64,000 bases of DNA from Alphaproteobacteria bacterium MarineAlpha5_Bin5 (GCA_002938205.1 PTKZ01000002.1:64017-128016), one strand, 5' to 3'. Shown: positions 1 through 10,443, counted from the first letter of the stretch. The notes: generated from the sequence alone by a model not told the origin. Numbers and translations: made by a program.

Positions 1-44
1 GTAAGTGCATATGTACGATATTATATCACATTTATTAATTTAAC

Positions 45-1016
45 TTAATACTTAACTAGCATATTCATAAGATTTGAAATATCTTCAGGAATATTAGAGT
101 TAAATTTCAAATTTTTATTCAGTGAGGGATGAAAAAATCCTAGGTGAGAAGCATGCAGAGCTTGTCTTGGAAAATTTTTTAAAATTAAAAACTTATTAAA
201 ATATTCTTTATTTTTACCAAACTGATTAATTTTGCTTTTTCCATATAATTTATCACCTATTATAGGGGAGTTTATTGAGGTAAGATGCAGTCTAACTTGA
301 TGTGTTCTACCTGTATGTAATATGCACTCAATTAAACTTGCATTACCAAAACTTTTTTTTAGAATTAAATTTGTTTTTGAAAATTTGCCAAATCCCTTTT
401 TATTAAAACTCATTTTTTTTCTATTTATTTTATTACGTTCAATATAACCTTCTATTTTTTGATTTTTAGGAACGCCCCATACAAGAGTATTATACTTTCT
501 TGTAATTGAATGCATTTTAAATTGTTCAGCAAGTTTAACATGAGTGAAATCATTTTTTGCAATTACCATTAAACCACTTGTCTCTTTGTCTAATCTGTGA
601 ACAATACCAGGTCTATTTATTCCATTCACTGTGCTAAGTTTGTTTGTGCTATGATGAATTAATGCTTGTACAAGTGTACCTGTTTCATTACCAGGAGCAG
701 GATGTGTTACAATACCAGCTTGCTTATTTATAACAATTACATCATCATCTTCATAAACTATATCTAGATTTATTTTTTCAGGCTTATAATTTGTTTGCTT
801 ATTCTTAATAATAGAAATATCAAACTCATCACTCTCTCTTACTATGTATGATGGATCAGTAAATATTTCTTTGTTTTTTTTTACATTACCATTTAAAATT
901 AATATTTTAATTTGAGTTCTGGAAATTTTATTAAGTTTTTTTGATAAAATTTTATCTAATCGTATTGAACTTAATTCTTTATTAATTATTATTTTGATAT
1001 TATAGAATTCTTTCAT
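45..1016 (-). CDS. rluD: Pseudouridine synthase, RluA family (RluD-like)
   Basis: 323 aa. N-terminal S4-like RNA-binding segment (IRLDKILSKKL), catalytic-Asp motif HRLDKETSGLMV and C-terminal GRTHQVRLH motif, all typical of RluA/RluD enzymes. Confidence 0.85.
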   Translation of the reverse strand: MKEFYNIKIIINKELSSIRLDKILSKKLNKISRTQIKILILNGNVKKNKEIFTDPSYIVRESDEFDISIIKNKQTNYKPEKINLDIVYEDDDVIVINKQAGIVTHPAPGNETGTLVQALIHHSTNKLSTVNGINRPGIVHRLDKETSGLMVIAKNDFTHVKLAEQFKMHSITRKYNTLVWGVPKNQKIEGYIERNKINRKKMSFNKKGFGKFSKTNLILKKSFGNASLIECILHTGRTHQVRLHLTSINSPIIGDKLYGKSKINQFGKNKEYFNKFLILKNFPRQALHASHLGFFHPSLNKNLKFNSNIPEDISNLMNMLVKY

Positions 1017-1302
1017 GAATAAGAAAATACTTCAGTTTATTGTAATTTTTTTAGCAATATTAATTATTTGTTGTTTTTTTGCTCTTATATATGGAATGTA
1101 TTCAAAAATATCAAACAATCAAAATAATATAGAAAATTCTAGCTATATTCATTCTTTAAATCTATCTCAAAATGAGAAAATAATTGATATTGAAGCTATT
1201 GGTGAAAATAGTATTTTATTTATAGTATCTGATTCAAAAAATACTTATGCTATAGTTTTTGATATAAAAAATAATGTAATTAAATCACAAATTAAGAGAT
1301 AA
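1015..1302 (+). CDS. Hypothetical small membrane-anchored protein
   Basis: 95 aa with one N-terminal hydrophobic helix (FIVIFLAILIICCFFALIYGMY) and a polar tail. It stops 2 nt before xseB and no family was recognised. Its ATG overlaps the rluD start on the other strand. Confidence 0.5.
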   Translation: MNKKILQFIVIFLAILIICCFFALIYGMYSKISNNQNNIENSSYIHSLNLSQNEKIIDIEAIGENSILFIVSDSKNTYAIVFDIKNNVIKSQIKR

Positions 1303-1304
1303 TA

Positions 1305-1529
1305 ATGGTTAAGGAAAAAATGAACAATTTTGAAGAAAATCTTAAAAAATTAGAAAAAATAGTTGAGCAATTAGAATCTGGAGATGTGGATTTAGAAAAA
1401 TCAATTAAATTATATGAAGAAGGTATGAACTTAAAAAAAATTTGTGAAGAAAAATTAAAGAATGTAGAAATGCAAATTAAAAAAATAAGATCTGAAAATA
1501 ACAAAATTAAAAAGGAAGATTTTAAATAA
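1305..1529 (+). CDS. xseB: Exodeoxyribonuclease VII small subunit
   Basis: 74 aa helical protein. FEENLKKLEKIVEQLESGDVDLEKSIKLYEEGMNL matches the XseB signature, and xseB-dxs linkage is common. Confidence 0.85.
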   Translation: MVKEKMNNFEENLKKLEKIVEQLESGDVDLEKSIKLYEEGMNLKKICEEKLKNVEMQIKKIRSENNKIKKEDFK

Positions 1530-1537
1530 ATTTAAAA

Positions 1538-3463
1538 ATGCTTTACAATTATTTAGATAAGATAAATTTCCCATCAGATTTAAGAAAATATAAATCTAAT
1601 GAATTGAAAGCTATTGCTGAAGAGTTAAGAAACAAAACAATTGAAACTGTATCAAAAACTGGAGGACACTTAGGAGCTGGTTTAGGGGTTGTAGAACTGA
1701 CAGTTGCTCTACATTATGTTTTTAACACACCAAGAGATCGTTTAATTTGGGATGTTGGTCATCAATCATATCCTCATAAAATATTAACTGGAAGAAAAAA
1801 AAGAATAGAAACTCTTAGAAAAAAAGATGGATTGTATGGTTTCGTGAGAAGATCTGAAAGTGAATATGACCCATTTGGAACTGCACATAGTTCAACTTCA
1901 ATTTCAGCTGGTCTTGGTATGAAAATAGCAAAAGATATAAATAATGATGAAGCAAACATTATTTGTGTTATAGGTGACGGAGCTCTTAGTGCAGGTTTGG
2001 CATACGAAGCACTTAATAATGCAGGAGTAATTAATAAAAGATTGATTGTTATTTTAAATGACAATGAGATGTCAATAGATCAACCTGTTGGAGCGATGAG
2101 TAGTTATTTAGCTAGATTATTTTCTTCAAAACAATATTCAAGTATTAGAAGTATAATTAAAAAAATATCAAAAGGATTTCCAAAAAAAATATCCAAAACT
2201 CTTTATAGAGCTGAAGAATATTCTAAAGGTTTGGTAGCTGGAGGAACACTTTTTGAAGAGTTAGGTTTTTATTACTTGGGGCCAATTGATGGTCATGATC
2301 TTGATAGTTTATTACCAATTTTAGATAATATAAAACACAATACAATCGATAAACCTATTTTTCTTCATTGTATAACCAAGAAAGGAAAGGGTTACCTACC
2401 AGCAGAAGAATCTCACGATAAATTTCATGGAGTAAATAAATTTGATTTAAAAACTGGGGAATCAATTAGTGTTTCTAATAAAAAAACATATTCTCAAATT
2501 TTTGGAGAAACTTTAACTAACATTGCTGATAATGATGAAAAAGTGATAGCAATTACAGCTGCTATGGCTAGCGGTACTGGTTTAGATATATTTAAAAAAC
2601 AACATAAAGATAGATTTTATGATGTTGGTATAGCTGAGCAACATGCTGTCACAATGTCTGCCGGTCTAGCTACAGAAGGTTTTAGACCCTATGTAGCAAT
2701 CTATTCAACATTTTTACAAAGAGCTTATGATCAGATTATACACGATGTAGCACTTCAAAAATTACCAGTTAGATTTGCAATTGATCGTGCAGGAAAAGTT
2801 GGATCTGATGGTCCAACTCATGCTGGTTCTTTTGATATTGCTTATTTATCAACAATACCTAATTTTATTTTAATGGCTCCCAGTAATCAAAATGAACTTG
2901 TTAGAATGATGCATACCTCTTTATTGATAGATGATTGTCCTTCTGCCTTTAGATATCCAAGAGGAACCGGTATATATATAAATGAAAATAAAGAAGATGA
3001 TATACCTTTAGAAATTGGAAAGGGCATAATACTAAAACAGGGCAATGATATTGCAATATTAAATTTGGGAACTAGGATGCAATCATGTTTTGATGCTGTA
3101 AAAATATTGGAAGAATATAATATATATCCAACAATAGCAGATGCAAGATTTGCCAAACCAATAGATACTCATTTAATTGATGAATTATTAGATAATCATA
3201 AATTTTTAATTACTATTGAGGAGGGTTCTAGTGGAGGTTTTGGGTCTACAGTATTAAACTATATTCATAATAAAAGAATTAAACCAACTTCATGTAATAT
3301 AAAAAATTTATTTTTTCCTGATAAATTTATTGAACACCAATCACCAGATCAGCAATACCTGGAAATTGGAATGGATGCAGAATCTATAGCAAAAAAAATA
3401 TTAAATTTTTTTGATGATAAGCTAATTAATATCCAACATTTTTCAAAAAAAAATAAGTTTTGA
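1538..3463 (+). CDS. dxs: 1-deoxy-D-xylulose-5-phosphate synthase
   Basis: 641 aa with GHQSYPHKILTGR, a GDGALSAG TPP-binding region and a transketolase-like C-terminal half. Confidence 0.95.
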   Translation: MLYNYLDKINFPSDLRKYKSNELKAIAEELRNKTIETVSKTGGHLGAGLGVVELTVALHYVFNTPRDRLIWDVGHQSYPHKILTGRKKRIETLRKKDGLYGFVRRSESEYDPFGTAHSSTSISAGLGMKIAKDINNDEANIICVIGDGALSAGLAYEALNNAGVINKRLIVILNDNEMSIDQPVGAMSSYLARLFSSKQYSSIRSIIKKISKGFPKKISKTLYRAEEYSKGLVAGGTLFEELGFYYLGPIDGHDLDSLLPILDNIKHNTIDKPIFLHCITKKGKGYLPAEESHDKFHGVNKFDLKTGESISVSNKKTYSQIFGETLTNIADNDEKVIAITAAMASGTGLDIFKKQHKDRFYDVGIAEQHAVTMSAGLATEGFRPYVAIYSTFLQRAYDQIIHDVALQKLPVRFAIDRAGKVGSDGPTHAGSFDIAYLSTIPNFILMAPSNQNELVRMMHTSLLIDDCPSAFRYPRGTGIYINENKEDDIPLEIGKGIILKQGNDIAILNLGTRMQSCFDAVKILEEYNIYPTIADARFAKPIDTHLIDELLDNHKFLITIEEGSSGGFGSTVLNYIHNKRIKPTSCNIKNLFFPDKFIEHQSPDQQYLEIGMDAESIAKKILNFFDDKLINIQHFSKKNKF

Positions 3464-4203
3464 AAAAGTTAAAAAAAAGACTTGATGAAATTTTAGTCGA
3501 AAGAAACATAACTCAATCAAGAACAAAAGCCCAAGCTATGATAATGGCTGGAGAAGTTTATGTTGAGGATAAAAAAATTACAAAAAGTGGATTAAATTTT
3601 TTTGTAAATTCAAAGATTATTATTAAAAAATTTGAAAAAGAATGGGTTTCTAGAGGTGCAATAAAACTATTAAAAGCAATAAATTATTTTAAAATTGATC
3701 TTGTAGACAAAATTTGCTTAGATCTAGGAGCATCCACAGGAGGTTTTACTCAAGTAATGCTTCAAAATAAGGCAAAGAAAATTTATTCAATAGATGTTGG
3801 TAAAAATCAGTTAAATGAAAAATTGTTAAAAGAAAAAAAAATTGTCAATATTGAAAAAACTAATGCAAGATATTTAAACGTTGAATTAATAAAAGAAGAA
3901 ATAGATATTCTGGTATGTGATGTAAGTTTTATTAGTTTAAAAAAAGTTATTAAACCTAATTTATGTTTTTTAAAAGATAGGGCAAAGATAATAACACTAG
4001 TTAAACCTCAGTTTGAAGGAAAAAGGAAAGATTTAAACAAAGGTGTAATAAAAAATAGTAATGTTCATCATCGAATTTGTGAAGATATCAAAAATTGGAT
4101 AAAAATTGAATGTAATTCAGATTTATTAGGAATGGTAGAAAGTCCTATCAAAGGTCCAAAGGGAAATAAGGAGTTTTTTATAGCAGCTGAGTATTATAAG
4201 TAA
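3460..4203 (+). CDS. tlyA: TlyA-family rRNA 2'-O-methyltransferase (hemolysin A-like)
   Basis: 247 aa. N-terminal S4 domain and FtsJ-type SAM site [15 protein letters not shown] start overlaps the dxs stop (TTGA). Confidence 0.85.
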   Translation: MKKLKKRLDEILVERNITQSRTKAQAMIMAGEVYVEDKKITKSGLNFFVNSKIIIKKFEKEWVSRGAIKLLKAINYFKIDLVDKICLDLGASTGGFTQVMLQNKAKKIYSIDVGKNQLNEKLLKEKKIVNIEKTNARYLNVELIKEEIDILVCDVSFISLKKVIKPNLCFLKDRAKIITLVKPQFEGKRKDLNKGVIKNSNVHHRICEDIKNWIKIECNSDLLGMVESPIKGPKGNKEFFIAAEYYK

Positions 4204-5267
4204 CGTAGACAATGATCCGCTATAGTTGAAGCCATCATAGCTTCTCCTACAGGTACTGCTCTTATACCAACACATGGATCGTGTCGCCCCTTAGTAGATA
4301 TAGTAGTTTCATTTAAATTAATATCAATAGTTTTTTTTGAACTCAAAATTGAACTTGTTGGCTTAACAACAAATCGGCAAATTATTTCTTGTCCTGTAGT
4401 TATTCCACCTAGTATGCCACCATTATTGTTACTATAAAAAATTGGATTTTTATTTTTAATACCCATTTCATCAACGTTTGAAACTCCACTTTCATAAACA
4501 CTATTAAATCCATTTCCAATCTCAACACCTTTTACTGCATTTATACTCATCATAGCTTTAGCTAAATCTGAATCAATTTTTTCATAAACTGGTTCACCTA
4601 ATCCAGGAGGAATACCAGAAGCATGAATTTCTATTATTGCTCCTAGTGATGAACCTTCTTTTCTTGCATTATTAATCAATTCTTGCCACGTATTTATTAT
4701 TTTTTCATCTGGACAAAAAAAATCATTTTTTAAAATGAATTCTTCATTCCAATTATCATAGTTGATTTTACTATTACCAATTTGTATCAATGCACCAAAA
4801 ATTTTAGTTTGATTTTTTATTTTCATATCAATAACTTTTCTAGCAATAGCACCAGCAGCCACTCTCATGGCTGTTTCACGGGCACTTGAACGACCTCCTC
4901 CTCTATAATCTCTAATTCCATATTTTTTCCAGTAAGTAAAATCTGCATGACCAGGCCTAAACTTTTCCTTTATTTCCGAATAATCTTCTGATCTTTGATC
5001 TTTGTTATAAATTATTAGTGAAATAGGATGTCCTGTTGTAAAACCATCAAATGTGCCTGATAAAATTTCTACCTTATCATCTTCTTGTCGTTGGGTAGTG
5101 AATTTTGATTTACCAGGACGTCTTCTATCTAGATATTGTTGTATATCGGATTCAGATAATTTAATTTTTGAAGGGACTCCATCTACTACACAGCCAATAG
5201 CTTTTCCATGACTTTCACCCCAGGTTGTGTAAGAAAATAATTTACCTATAGAATTAGAAGACATCAC
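4194..5267 (-). CDS. aroC: Chorismate synthase
   Basis: 357 aa with the characteristic [15 protein letters not shown] and GRHDPCV motifs. Confidence 0.95.
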   Translation of the reverse strand: MMSSNSIGKLFSYTTWGESHGKAIGCVVDGVPSKIKLSESDIQQYLDRRRPGKSKFTTQRQEDDKVEILSGTFDGFTTGHPISLIIYNKDQRSEDYSEIKEKFRPGHADFTYWKKYGIRDYRGGGRSSARETAMRVAAGAIARKVIDMKIKNQTKIFGALIQIGNSKINYDNWNEEFILKNDFFCPDEKIINTWQELINNARKEGSSLGAIIEIHASGIPPGLGEPVYEKIDSDLAKAMMSINAVKGVEIGNGFNSVYESGVSNVDEMGIKNKNPIFYSNNNGGILGGITTGQEIICRFVVKPTSSILSSKKTIDINLNETTISTKGRHDPCVGIRAVPVGEAMMASTIADHCLRYL

Positions 5268-6088
5268 TTATTTTTGTCAAATTCACCAAGAAGCTCAGAG
5301 ACTTTGCCTGCCTCATCTACAGCTAACATTCCAACAGTATGATATCCACAATCAACATGTTGAATTTCTCCAGTAACAGCACTACCAAGATCACTAAGTA
5401 AATAAAGAGCAGATTTTCCTACATCTTCTTGATTAACGTTTCTTTTTAGTGGAGCATTTAACTCATTCCATTTTAAAATAAATCGAAAATCTCCAATACC
5501 AGAAGCAGCAAGTGTTTTTATAGGACCAGCACTTATTGCATTAACTCTAACATTTTTTTCACCTAAATCTACTGCAAGATACTTAACACTAGCTTCTAAA
5601 GCAGCTTTTGCCACACCCATTACATTATAATGAGGCATTACTTGTTCTGCACCATAATATGTAAGTGTTATTATAGAACCTCCATCATTAATAATTGGTT
5701 CAGAAAGACGACACGCTTCTGTAAAAGAATAGCATGATATATGCATTGTTTGATTAAAATTTTCTGATGAAGTATTATAATACTTGCCTCTTAATTCATC
5801 TTTGTCTGAAAAACCAATAGCATGCACTAAAAAATCTATATTTTTCCATTTATTTTTTAATATATCAAAAGTGTTAATCATACTTTCTGAATCTGAAACA
5901 TCGCATGGAATGAGAATATTAGAATTTATTGATTTAGCTAAAGGCTCCACTCTTTTTTTAAGAGCTTCACCTTGATATGTAAAAGCTATTGAAGCTCCTT
6001 GATTTGCTAGAACCTTAGCAATACCCCATGCAATCGATCGATCATTTGCTACACCCATGATCAAACCTTTTTTTCCTTGCATTAACAT
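5264..6088 (-). CDS. fabI: Enoyl-[acyl-carrier-protein] reductase (NADH)
   Basis: 274 aa SDR with [13 protein letters not shown] at the N-terminus and a Y..M...K active-site region ([12 protein letters not shown]). Confidence 0.9.
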   Translation of the reverse strand: MLMQGKKGLIMGVANDRSIAWGIAKVLANQGASIAFTYQGEALKKRVEPLAKSINSNILIPCDVSDSESMINTFDILKNKWKNIDFLVHAIGFSDKDELRGKYYNTSSENFNQTMHISCYSFTEACRLSEPIINDGGSIITLTYYGAEQVMPHYNVMGVAKAALEASVKYLAVDLGEKNVRVNAISAGPIKTLAASGIGDFRFILKWNELNAPLKRNVNQEDVGKSALYLLSDLGSAVTGEIQHVDCGYHTVGMLAVDEAGKVSELLGEFDKNK

Positions 6089-6155
6089 GTAATTTATATG
6101 TTCTTTCTCATTTATTAAGATTATATATACAACTTAACAGGTAAATTAACTAAAA

Positions 6156-6761
6156 ATGTTAGATAATGAGAAATTTATTACAATTCATACAAATCCGATA
6201 GATTTGTTTAAAATTTGGTTTGAGTTAGCTATTAAATCAGAGACAAATAACCCAAATGCAATGACACTTTCAAGCATTTCAGATCAATATAAACCAAACT
6301 CAAGAATTGTTTTATTAAAATATTTTGATAACAAAGGTTTTATATTTTATACTAATTCTAATAGCAAAAAAGGGAAGGATATTGCTTTTAACAGTTTTGT
6401 TTCTCTAAATTTTTATTGGAAAACGCAAAAAAAGCAAATAAGAATTGAGGGTGAGGCAGAAATTATAAATTCGAAAGACGCTAATGAATATTTCAATTCA
6501 CGACCTCGGGAAAGCCAAATTGGCGCATTGGCATCAAATCAATCTGCAGTACTTTCAGATAGATCTTTATTAATAAAAAAAACTGATGAAATTAGAAAAA
6601 AATATGAAAATACAGAAATTCCTAGACCTAATTATTGGAATGGTTATTTGGTAAAACCAAATTTAATTGAATTTTGGCAAGAAATGCAAAACAGATTACA
6701 TGATAGAGTTGAGTATAAAAAAATTGAAAATAAATGGGTGTCAAATAGATTGTTTCCTTAA
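6156..6761 (+). CDS. pdxH: Pyridoxamine 5'-phosphate oxidase
   Basis: 201 aa with RIVLLK..D.KGFIFYTN, QIRIEG and YFNSRPRESQIGALAS motifs. Confidence 0.9.
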   Translation: MLDNEKFITIHTNPIDLFKIWFELAIKSETNNPNAMTLSSISDQYKPNSRIVLLKYFDNKGFIFYTNSNSKKGKDIAFNSFVSLNFYWKTQKKQIRIEGEAEIINSKDANEYFNSRPRESQIGALASNQSAVLSDRSLLIKKTDEIRKKYENTEIPRPNYWNGYLVKPNLIEFWQEMQNRLHDRVEYKKIENKWVSNRLFP

Positions 6762-6763
6762 TT

Positions 6764-7210
6764 CTATTCTTTCCATTTTTTTAAAATCCAAGAACTTGAA
6801 TTAGATTTGTCGTTACCTCCAATACCCCATAGAGTTTCTATATTATTTTCATTACAAAAATTTAATTCTAAGGTATTTTTATTATTTCTATCACCTCCAT
6901 TTGCGAATTTTATTTTATGTTTATTGTATTTATGAATCGCTTTTCTAATTCCATCTATGCAAGATTTATCACTGTCATCAAATTCTAATACGTCAATTAC
7001 ATGTTTTAAATTTTTCATTATTATTTTTCTTTCTTTAATTGGAAGAAAAGCTTTACCTTTTTTTTTGCGAAGCCATTCATCAGAGTTTAACAAAACAACC
7101 ACATCGCCATATTTGCTTGCTTCGGAAATAAGTTTTATATGTCCACTATGTATAGGATCAAATCCTCCACTAACCAAAACTATATTATGCATTTTTTTTT
7201 CGCCATGCAT
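6764..7210 (-). CDS. Cytidylyltransferase-like nucleotidyltransferase (RfaE domain II / TagD-like)
   Basis: 148 aa with the HxGH nucleotidyltransferase motif SGGFDPIHSGHIKL. Substrate unknown. An alternative ATG at 7192 would overlap pyrE by only 8 nt. Confidence 0.65.
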   Translation of the reverse strand: MHGEKKMHNIVLVSGGFDPIHSGHIKLISEASKYGDVVVLLNSDEWLRKKKGKAFLPIKERKIIMKNLKHVIDVLEFDDSDKSCIDGIRKAIHKYNKHKIKFANGGDRNNKNTLELNFCNENNIETLWGIGGNDKSNSSSWILKKWKE

Positions 7211-7820
7211 CAGGATTTGACAAAAATTCTTTTAAATTTTCTACATCTTCTTTGTTATAAATATTATTTTTTTCAAGCACTTTTATAATATCTTTCCATG
7301 TACATAAAGAATGTATATTTACATCCAGTTTTGCTAAATCTAGTTTAGTATATTCAAAAATATCATAATAAAAGATTACAAAAATATCATTTACTTTTAA
7401 CTCAGCTTTTCTCATAGCATCAATAAATAAAATTTTGCTACCTCCATCGGTAGCTAAATCCTCAATTAAAATTGCTAAGTCGTTTTTATTAAAGCTTCCT
7501 TCTATTTGTTGATTCCCCCCAAATCCTTTTGGTTTTTTCCGAATATAAACCATTGGTTTATTAATTTTGTTGGCTATGAATGCAGCGTATGGTATGCCTG
7601 CAGTCTCCCCTCCAGCCACTAAATTAAATTTTAAATTTTTATCTTTAATATAGTCAATTGCTTTTGATACGATAAAGTTTCTTTCATTAACATAAGAGAT
7701 GATTTTTCTACAATCAACATAAACAGGACTTTTTAGACCTGAAGTAAGTGTAAAATGATTTTTAAAAGAAAATTTTACTGATTCTATTCTAATTAATATT
7801 TCAGCAATAGATTCAGTCAT
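7185..7820 (-). CDS. pyrE: Orotate phosphoribosyltransferase
   Basis: 211 aa with FTLTSGLKSPVYVDCR and the PRPP-binding loop LAILIEDLATDGGS. Confidence 0.85.
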   Translation of the reverse strand: MTESIAEILIRIESVKFSFKNHFTLTSGLKSPVYVDCRKIISYVNERNFIVSKAIDYIKDKNLKFNLVAGGETAGIPYAAFIANKINKPMVYIRKKPKGFGGNQQIEGSFNKNDLAILIEDLATDGGSKILFIDAMRKAELKVNDIFVIFYYDIFEYTKLDLAKLDVNIHSLCTWKDIIKVLEKNNIYNKEDVENLKEFLSNPDAWRKKNA

Positions 7821-7822
7821 TA

Positions 7823-8296
7823 TTAAGTAATAAGAGCAATATGTTCTTTTGAAAAATTTCCAGGCACAATCATTATAGGTACTCTTATATTGGTTATTTC
7901 GTTCGTAACCAAGGAATGAATTATTGGTCCTGGATTTTTATCTTTTGGATCAGATCTAGCTGCTAATACTAATACATTTATATTTTCTTGTTCTTCTATT
8001 AATTTTTTTAATTCCGAAATAGTTTCTCCCTCACGCGTTGATAGCGCAGGTAGTTCTCCAGTTTTTTCTTTAACGAAGCTGGCTGCATTTTGTAATGTTT
8101 TTTCTGCCTCTTCACGTGCTTCATTTTTCATTATTTCTGTTACACCTTTTGTTGTAAGCACATCAAGAGGTTCTATAAAAGTTGCTATTATAATTTTTCT
8201 TCCGGTTTTTTTAGATCTAGCACATGCATATTCTAAAGCAATTTCCATTTCACTTGAATTATCAGCAATTACTAATATATATCTATCTTTACTCAT
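7823..8296 (-). CDS. Universal stress protein (UspA) family protein
   Basis: 157 aa alpha/beta protein with a Usp-like layout (ILVIADNS ... VLVLAARS ... VPIMIVPG). Its start overlaps the stop of the upstream gene by 1 nt. Confidence 0.6.
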   Translation of the reverse strand: MSKDRYILVIADNSSEMEIALEYACARSKKTGRKIIIATFIEPLDVLTTKGVTEIMKNEAREEAEKTLQNAASFVKEKTGELPALSTREGETISELKKLIEEQENINVLVLAARSDPKDKNPGPIIHSLVTNEITNIRVPIMIVPGNFSKEHIALIT

Positions 8297-9039
8297 TAGT
8301 ACCTCCTAAACAACGTTGCAGCTATCAAACCAGATATTACAGCAAATAAAATCGTAAACAAACCATAAGCTGCTGAATGGTTGTGAGCAAAATTATAGAT
8401 TTTGCTTCCAATACCTGACTTTTCTATAATAATAAATTTTTCATCTTTTCCAGTAATTAAGTTATTTTTAATTTGATAAATATTTACAGTATATTTACCA
8501 GGTATAGAGTTTGATGGAAAAAATACTCTTGTTTGAAAAAGTTTATTGTTTATATTTTTGATTTCGTATTTTCTAAATAAGTTTTTATTTTGTTTTAATC
8601 TAACAAAATTATTTTTCCAAATTTTTTGTGAAGCATCAGATATAAAATTCCTGTTTGAAATTTTATTTTCAAGAATTAAATTAAAGCTTAACTCTTCTTT
8701 AATAATAGTTGAGGTAGGTAGAATGTCTTCAACTTTTTTTGATGATGCAATGTAAAAAGTACTTGGTATATTGTTATAAGTAATTTGTTTTGTGTTAAAC
8801 CAAAAACCAAATATTCGTTCTTTTTTTTGAATTTTTGAATTTTTTATAGGGCCTTTTATAGATAGTATAATTTCTTTTCCTTCTTCTAAAATTCCAAAAA
8901 TTATTATTTCCTTACCTATAAAGTCAGTTTGTATCTCTATTTTATCTTCAGATAAATCAAAATAAGTATTTGTAGCATTAATTACTTCAAAAGAATTGAA
9001 AGTAAAAACAAAAAAAATAATGTACTTTAATTGATGCAT
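8296..9039 (-). CDS. Conserved alphaproteobacterial membrane protein of unknown function (TIGR02186-like, from memory)
   Basis: 247 aa with an N-terminal signal-like segment, a large extracytoplasmic domain and a single C-terminal TM helix (AAYGLFTILFAVISGLIAATLF). It sits beside a TauE permease, as I recall for this family. Confidence 0.5.
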   Translation of the reverse strand: MHQLKYIIFFVFTFNSFEVINATNTYFDLSEDKIEIQTDFIGKEIIIFGILEEGKEIILSIKGPIKNSKIQKKERIFGFWFNTKQITYNNIPSTFYIASSKKVEDILPTSTIIKEELSFNLILENKISNRNFISDASQKIWKNNFVRLKQNKNLFRKYEIKNINNKLFQTRVFFPSNSIPGKYTVNIYQIKNNLITGKDEKFIIIEKSGIGSKIYNFAHNHSAAYGLFTILFAVISGLIAATLFRRY

Positions 9040-9488
9040 TATATTTTATCTCTTTCATATTTTATATTGTCTTCATTATTTTCTAAATTAGAAAATAAAT
9101 TTTTTTCTATAAGTATTCCTATAATTACAAAAAACATTACTAATAGAAATGATATTTTTGATATTTGTTGATCAATTATTAAGTAAGGTTCTTGAAAAAT
9201 CATATATATAGGTAATGCAAACGTTAATATTATAAAAGTTAATTTAAGAAAATTAACTCTTTTAATTTTATTTTTAATATTTATTTTTGATTTAATTAAT
9301 TGCCAATAAATTAATTTTAATAAAGTTAAAAAAAATATAATCGATATTACTAATTTACTTGAAAAAAAATTTTTCTGTTCAAAAAAATGGTTTACAGTAA
9401 ATATTACTATTGTTAACAATATTAATCCATTACATAAATAGAATAAGAATTTAGAAATGTTTATTACTTTATTTGAATCATTAATCAT
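9039..9488 (-). CDS. Hypothetical polytopic membrane protein
   Basis: About 4 hydrophobic helices and no recognised family. I take the internal ATG at 9488 (MINDSNK...) because it forms an ATGA overlap with the tauE stop. The tracked ORF runs on to 9551. Confidence 0.45.
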   Translation of the reverse strand: MINDSNKVINISKFLFYLCNGLILLTIVIFTVNHFFEQKNFFSSKLVISIIFFLTLLKLIYWQLIKSKINIKNKIKRVNFLKLTFIILTFALPIYMIFQEPYLIIDQQISKISFLLVMFFVIIGILIEKNLFSNLENNEDNIKYERDKI

Positions 9489-10399
9489 AAAATTGAAGTT
9501 GTGAATAGATCGTTTGGTTTTAATGCTAAATCTATCAGTAGCTTTGCGCAAACTATTAATACTAAAATCGCTAATATGCCTCTTAGATATTCTGCTTTAA
9601 GTTTTGATCCAACACTTGCGCCTATTTGAGCTCCTATAACTCCACCCAGTATCATTAGAGCTGATAAAACTATATCAACATTTTGGTTTAAATATGATTG
9701 AAAGAAAGTTGAGTTTGTAGTTACAAATATAATCTGAAATAATGATGTGCCAACTACAACATTTGTTGACATGCCTAAAATATATACCATAGCAGGTATC
9801 ATTATAAATCCTCCACCAACCCCCATCATTGCTGATAAAACTCCAACTAAAAAACCTATAATTACGGGGGGAATAGCACTTATATAAAGTTTAGATCTAT
9901 GGAATCTCATTTTTAAAGGAAGTCCATGTATCCAAGAATGTTGATGAAGTTTTTTTCTTATTGTGGAAGTTGTTTTATATTTTTTGATAGTTGTTCTGGC
10001 ACTTTCAAAGGCCATACTGAAACCAATAAAACCAAGAAAGATTAAAAATAAAAATTGAATTACTATATCTATTTGACCATAAGTTTTTAAAATTTTAAAA
10101 AGGTTAACTCCAACGGTTGATCCTAAAACTCCTCCTAGTAGAAGAAAAAAACCCATTTTAAAATCAACATTTTTTTTTCTCCAATGCGCAATTACCCCTG
10201 AGACTGAAGATGCAAGTACGTGAGGTGCTTCTGACCCTACAGCTACTACTGGAGGTATACCTAAGAATATAAGCAGTGGGGTCATTAAAAAGCCTCCTCC
10301 CACACCAAAAAGTCCTGTTAACGATCCTACAAGCATACCAATAAAAACAATTAAAAGAATATTAACGTTCATTTCAGCAATTGGTAGATAAATGGACAT
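9485..10399 (-). CDS. TauE/SafE family sulfite/organosulfonate exporter-type permease
   Basis: 304 aa with two internally repeated halves of Gly-rich TM helices (GVGGGFLMTPLL ... GVGGGFIMIPAM), typical of TauE/SafE (COG0730). Confidence 0.8.
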   Translation of the reverse strand: MSIYLPIAEMNVNILLIVFIGMLVGSLTGLFGVGGGFLMTPLLIFLGIPPVVAVGSEAPHVLASSVSGVIAHWRKKNVDFKMGFFLLLGGVLGSTVGVNLFKILKTYGQIDIVIQFLFLIFLGFIGFSMAFESARTTIKKYKTTSTIRKKLHQHSWIHGLPLKMRFHRSKLYISAIPPVIIGFLVGVLSAMMGVGGGFIMIPAMVYILGMSTNVVVGTSLFQIIFVTTNSTFFQSYLNQNVDIVLSALMILGGVIGAQIGASVGSKLKAEYLRGILAILVLIVCAKLLIDLALKPNDLFTTSIL

Positions 10400-10443
10400 A
10401 TTTTTTTATAATATTTTATATCCTTATTAGCCAGATTTAAATT

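Noticed and set aside
1-44. Leading 44 nt as the end of an upstream gene
   Set aside because: It is too short to interpret and no frame can be assigned.
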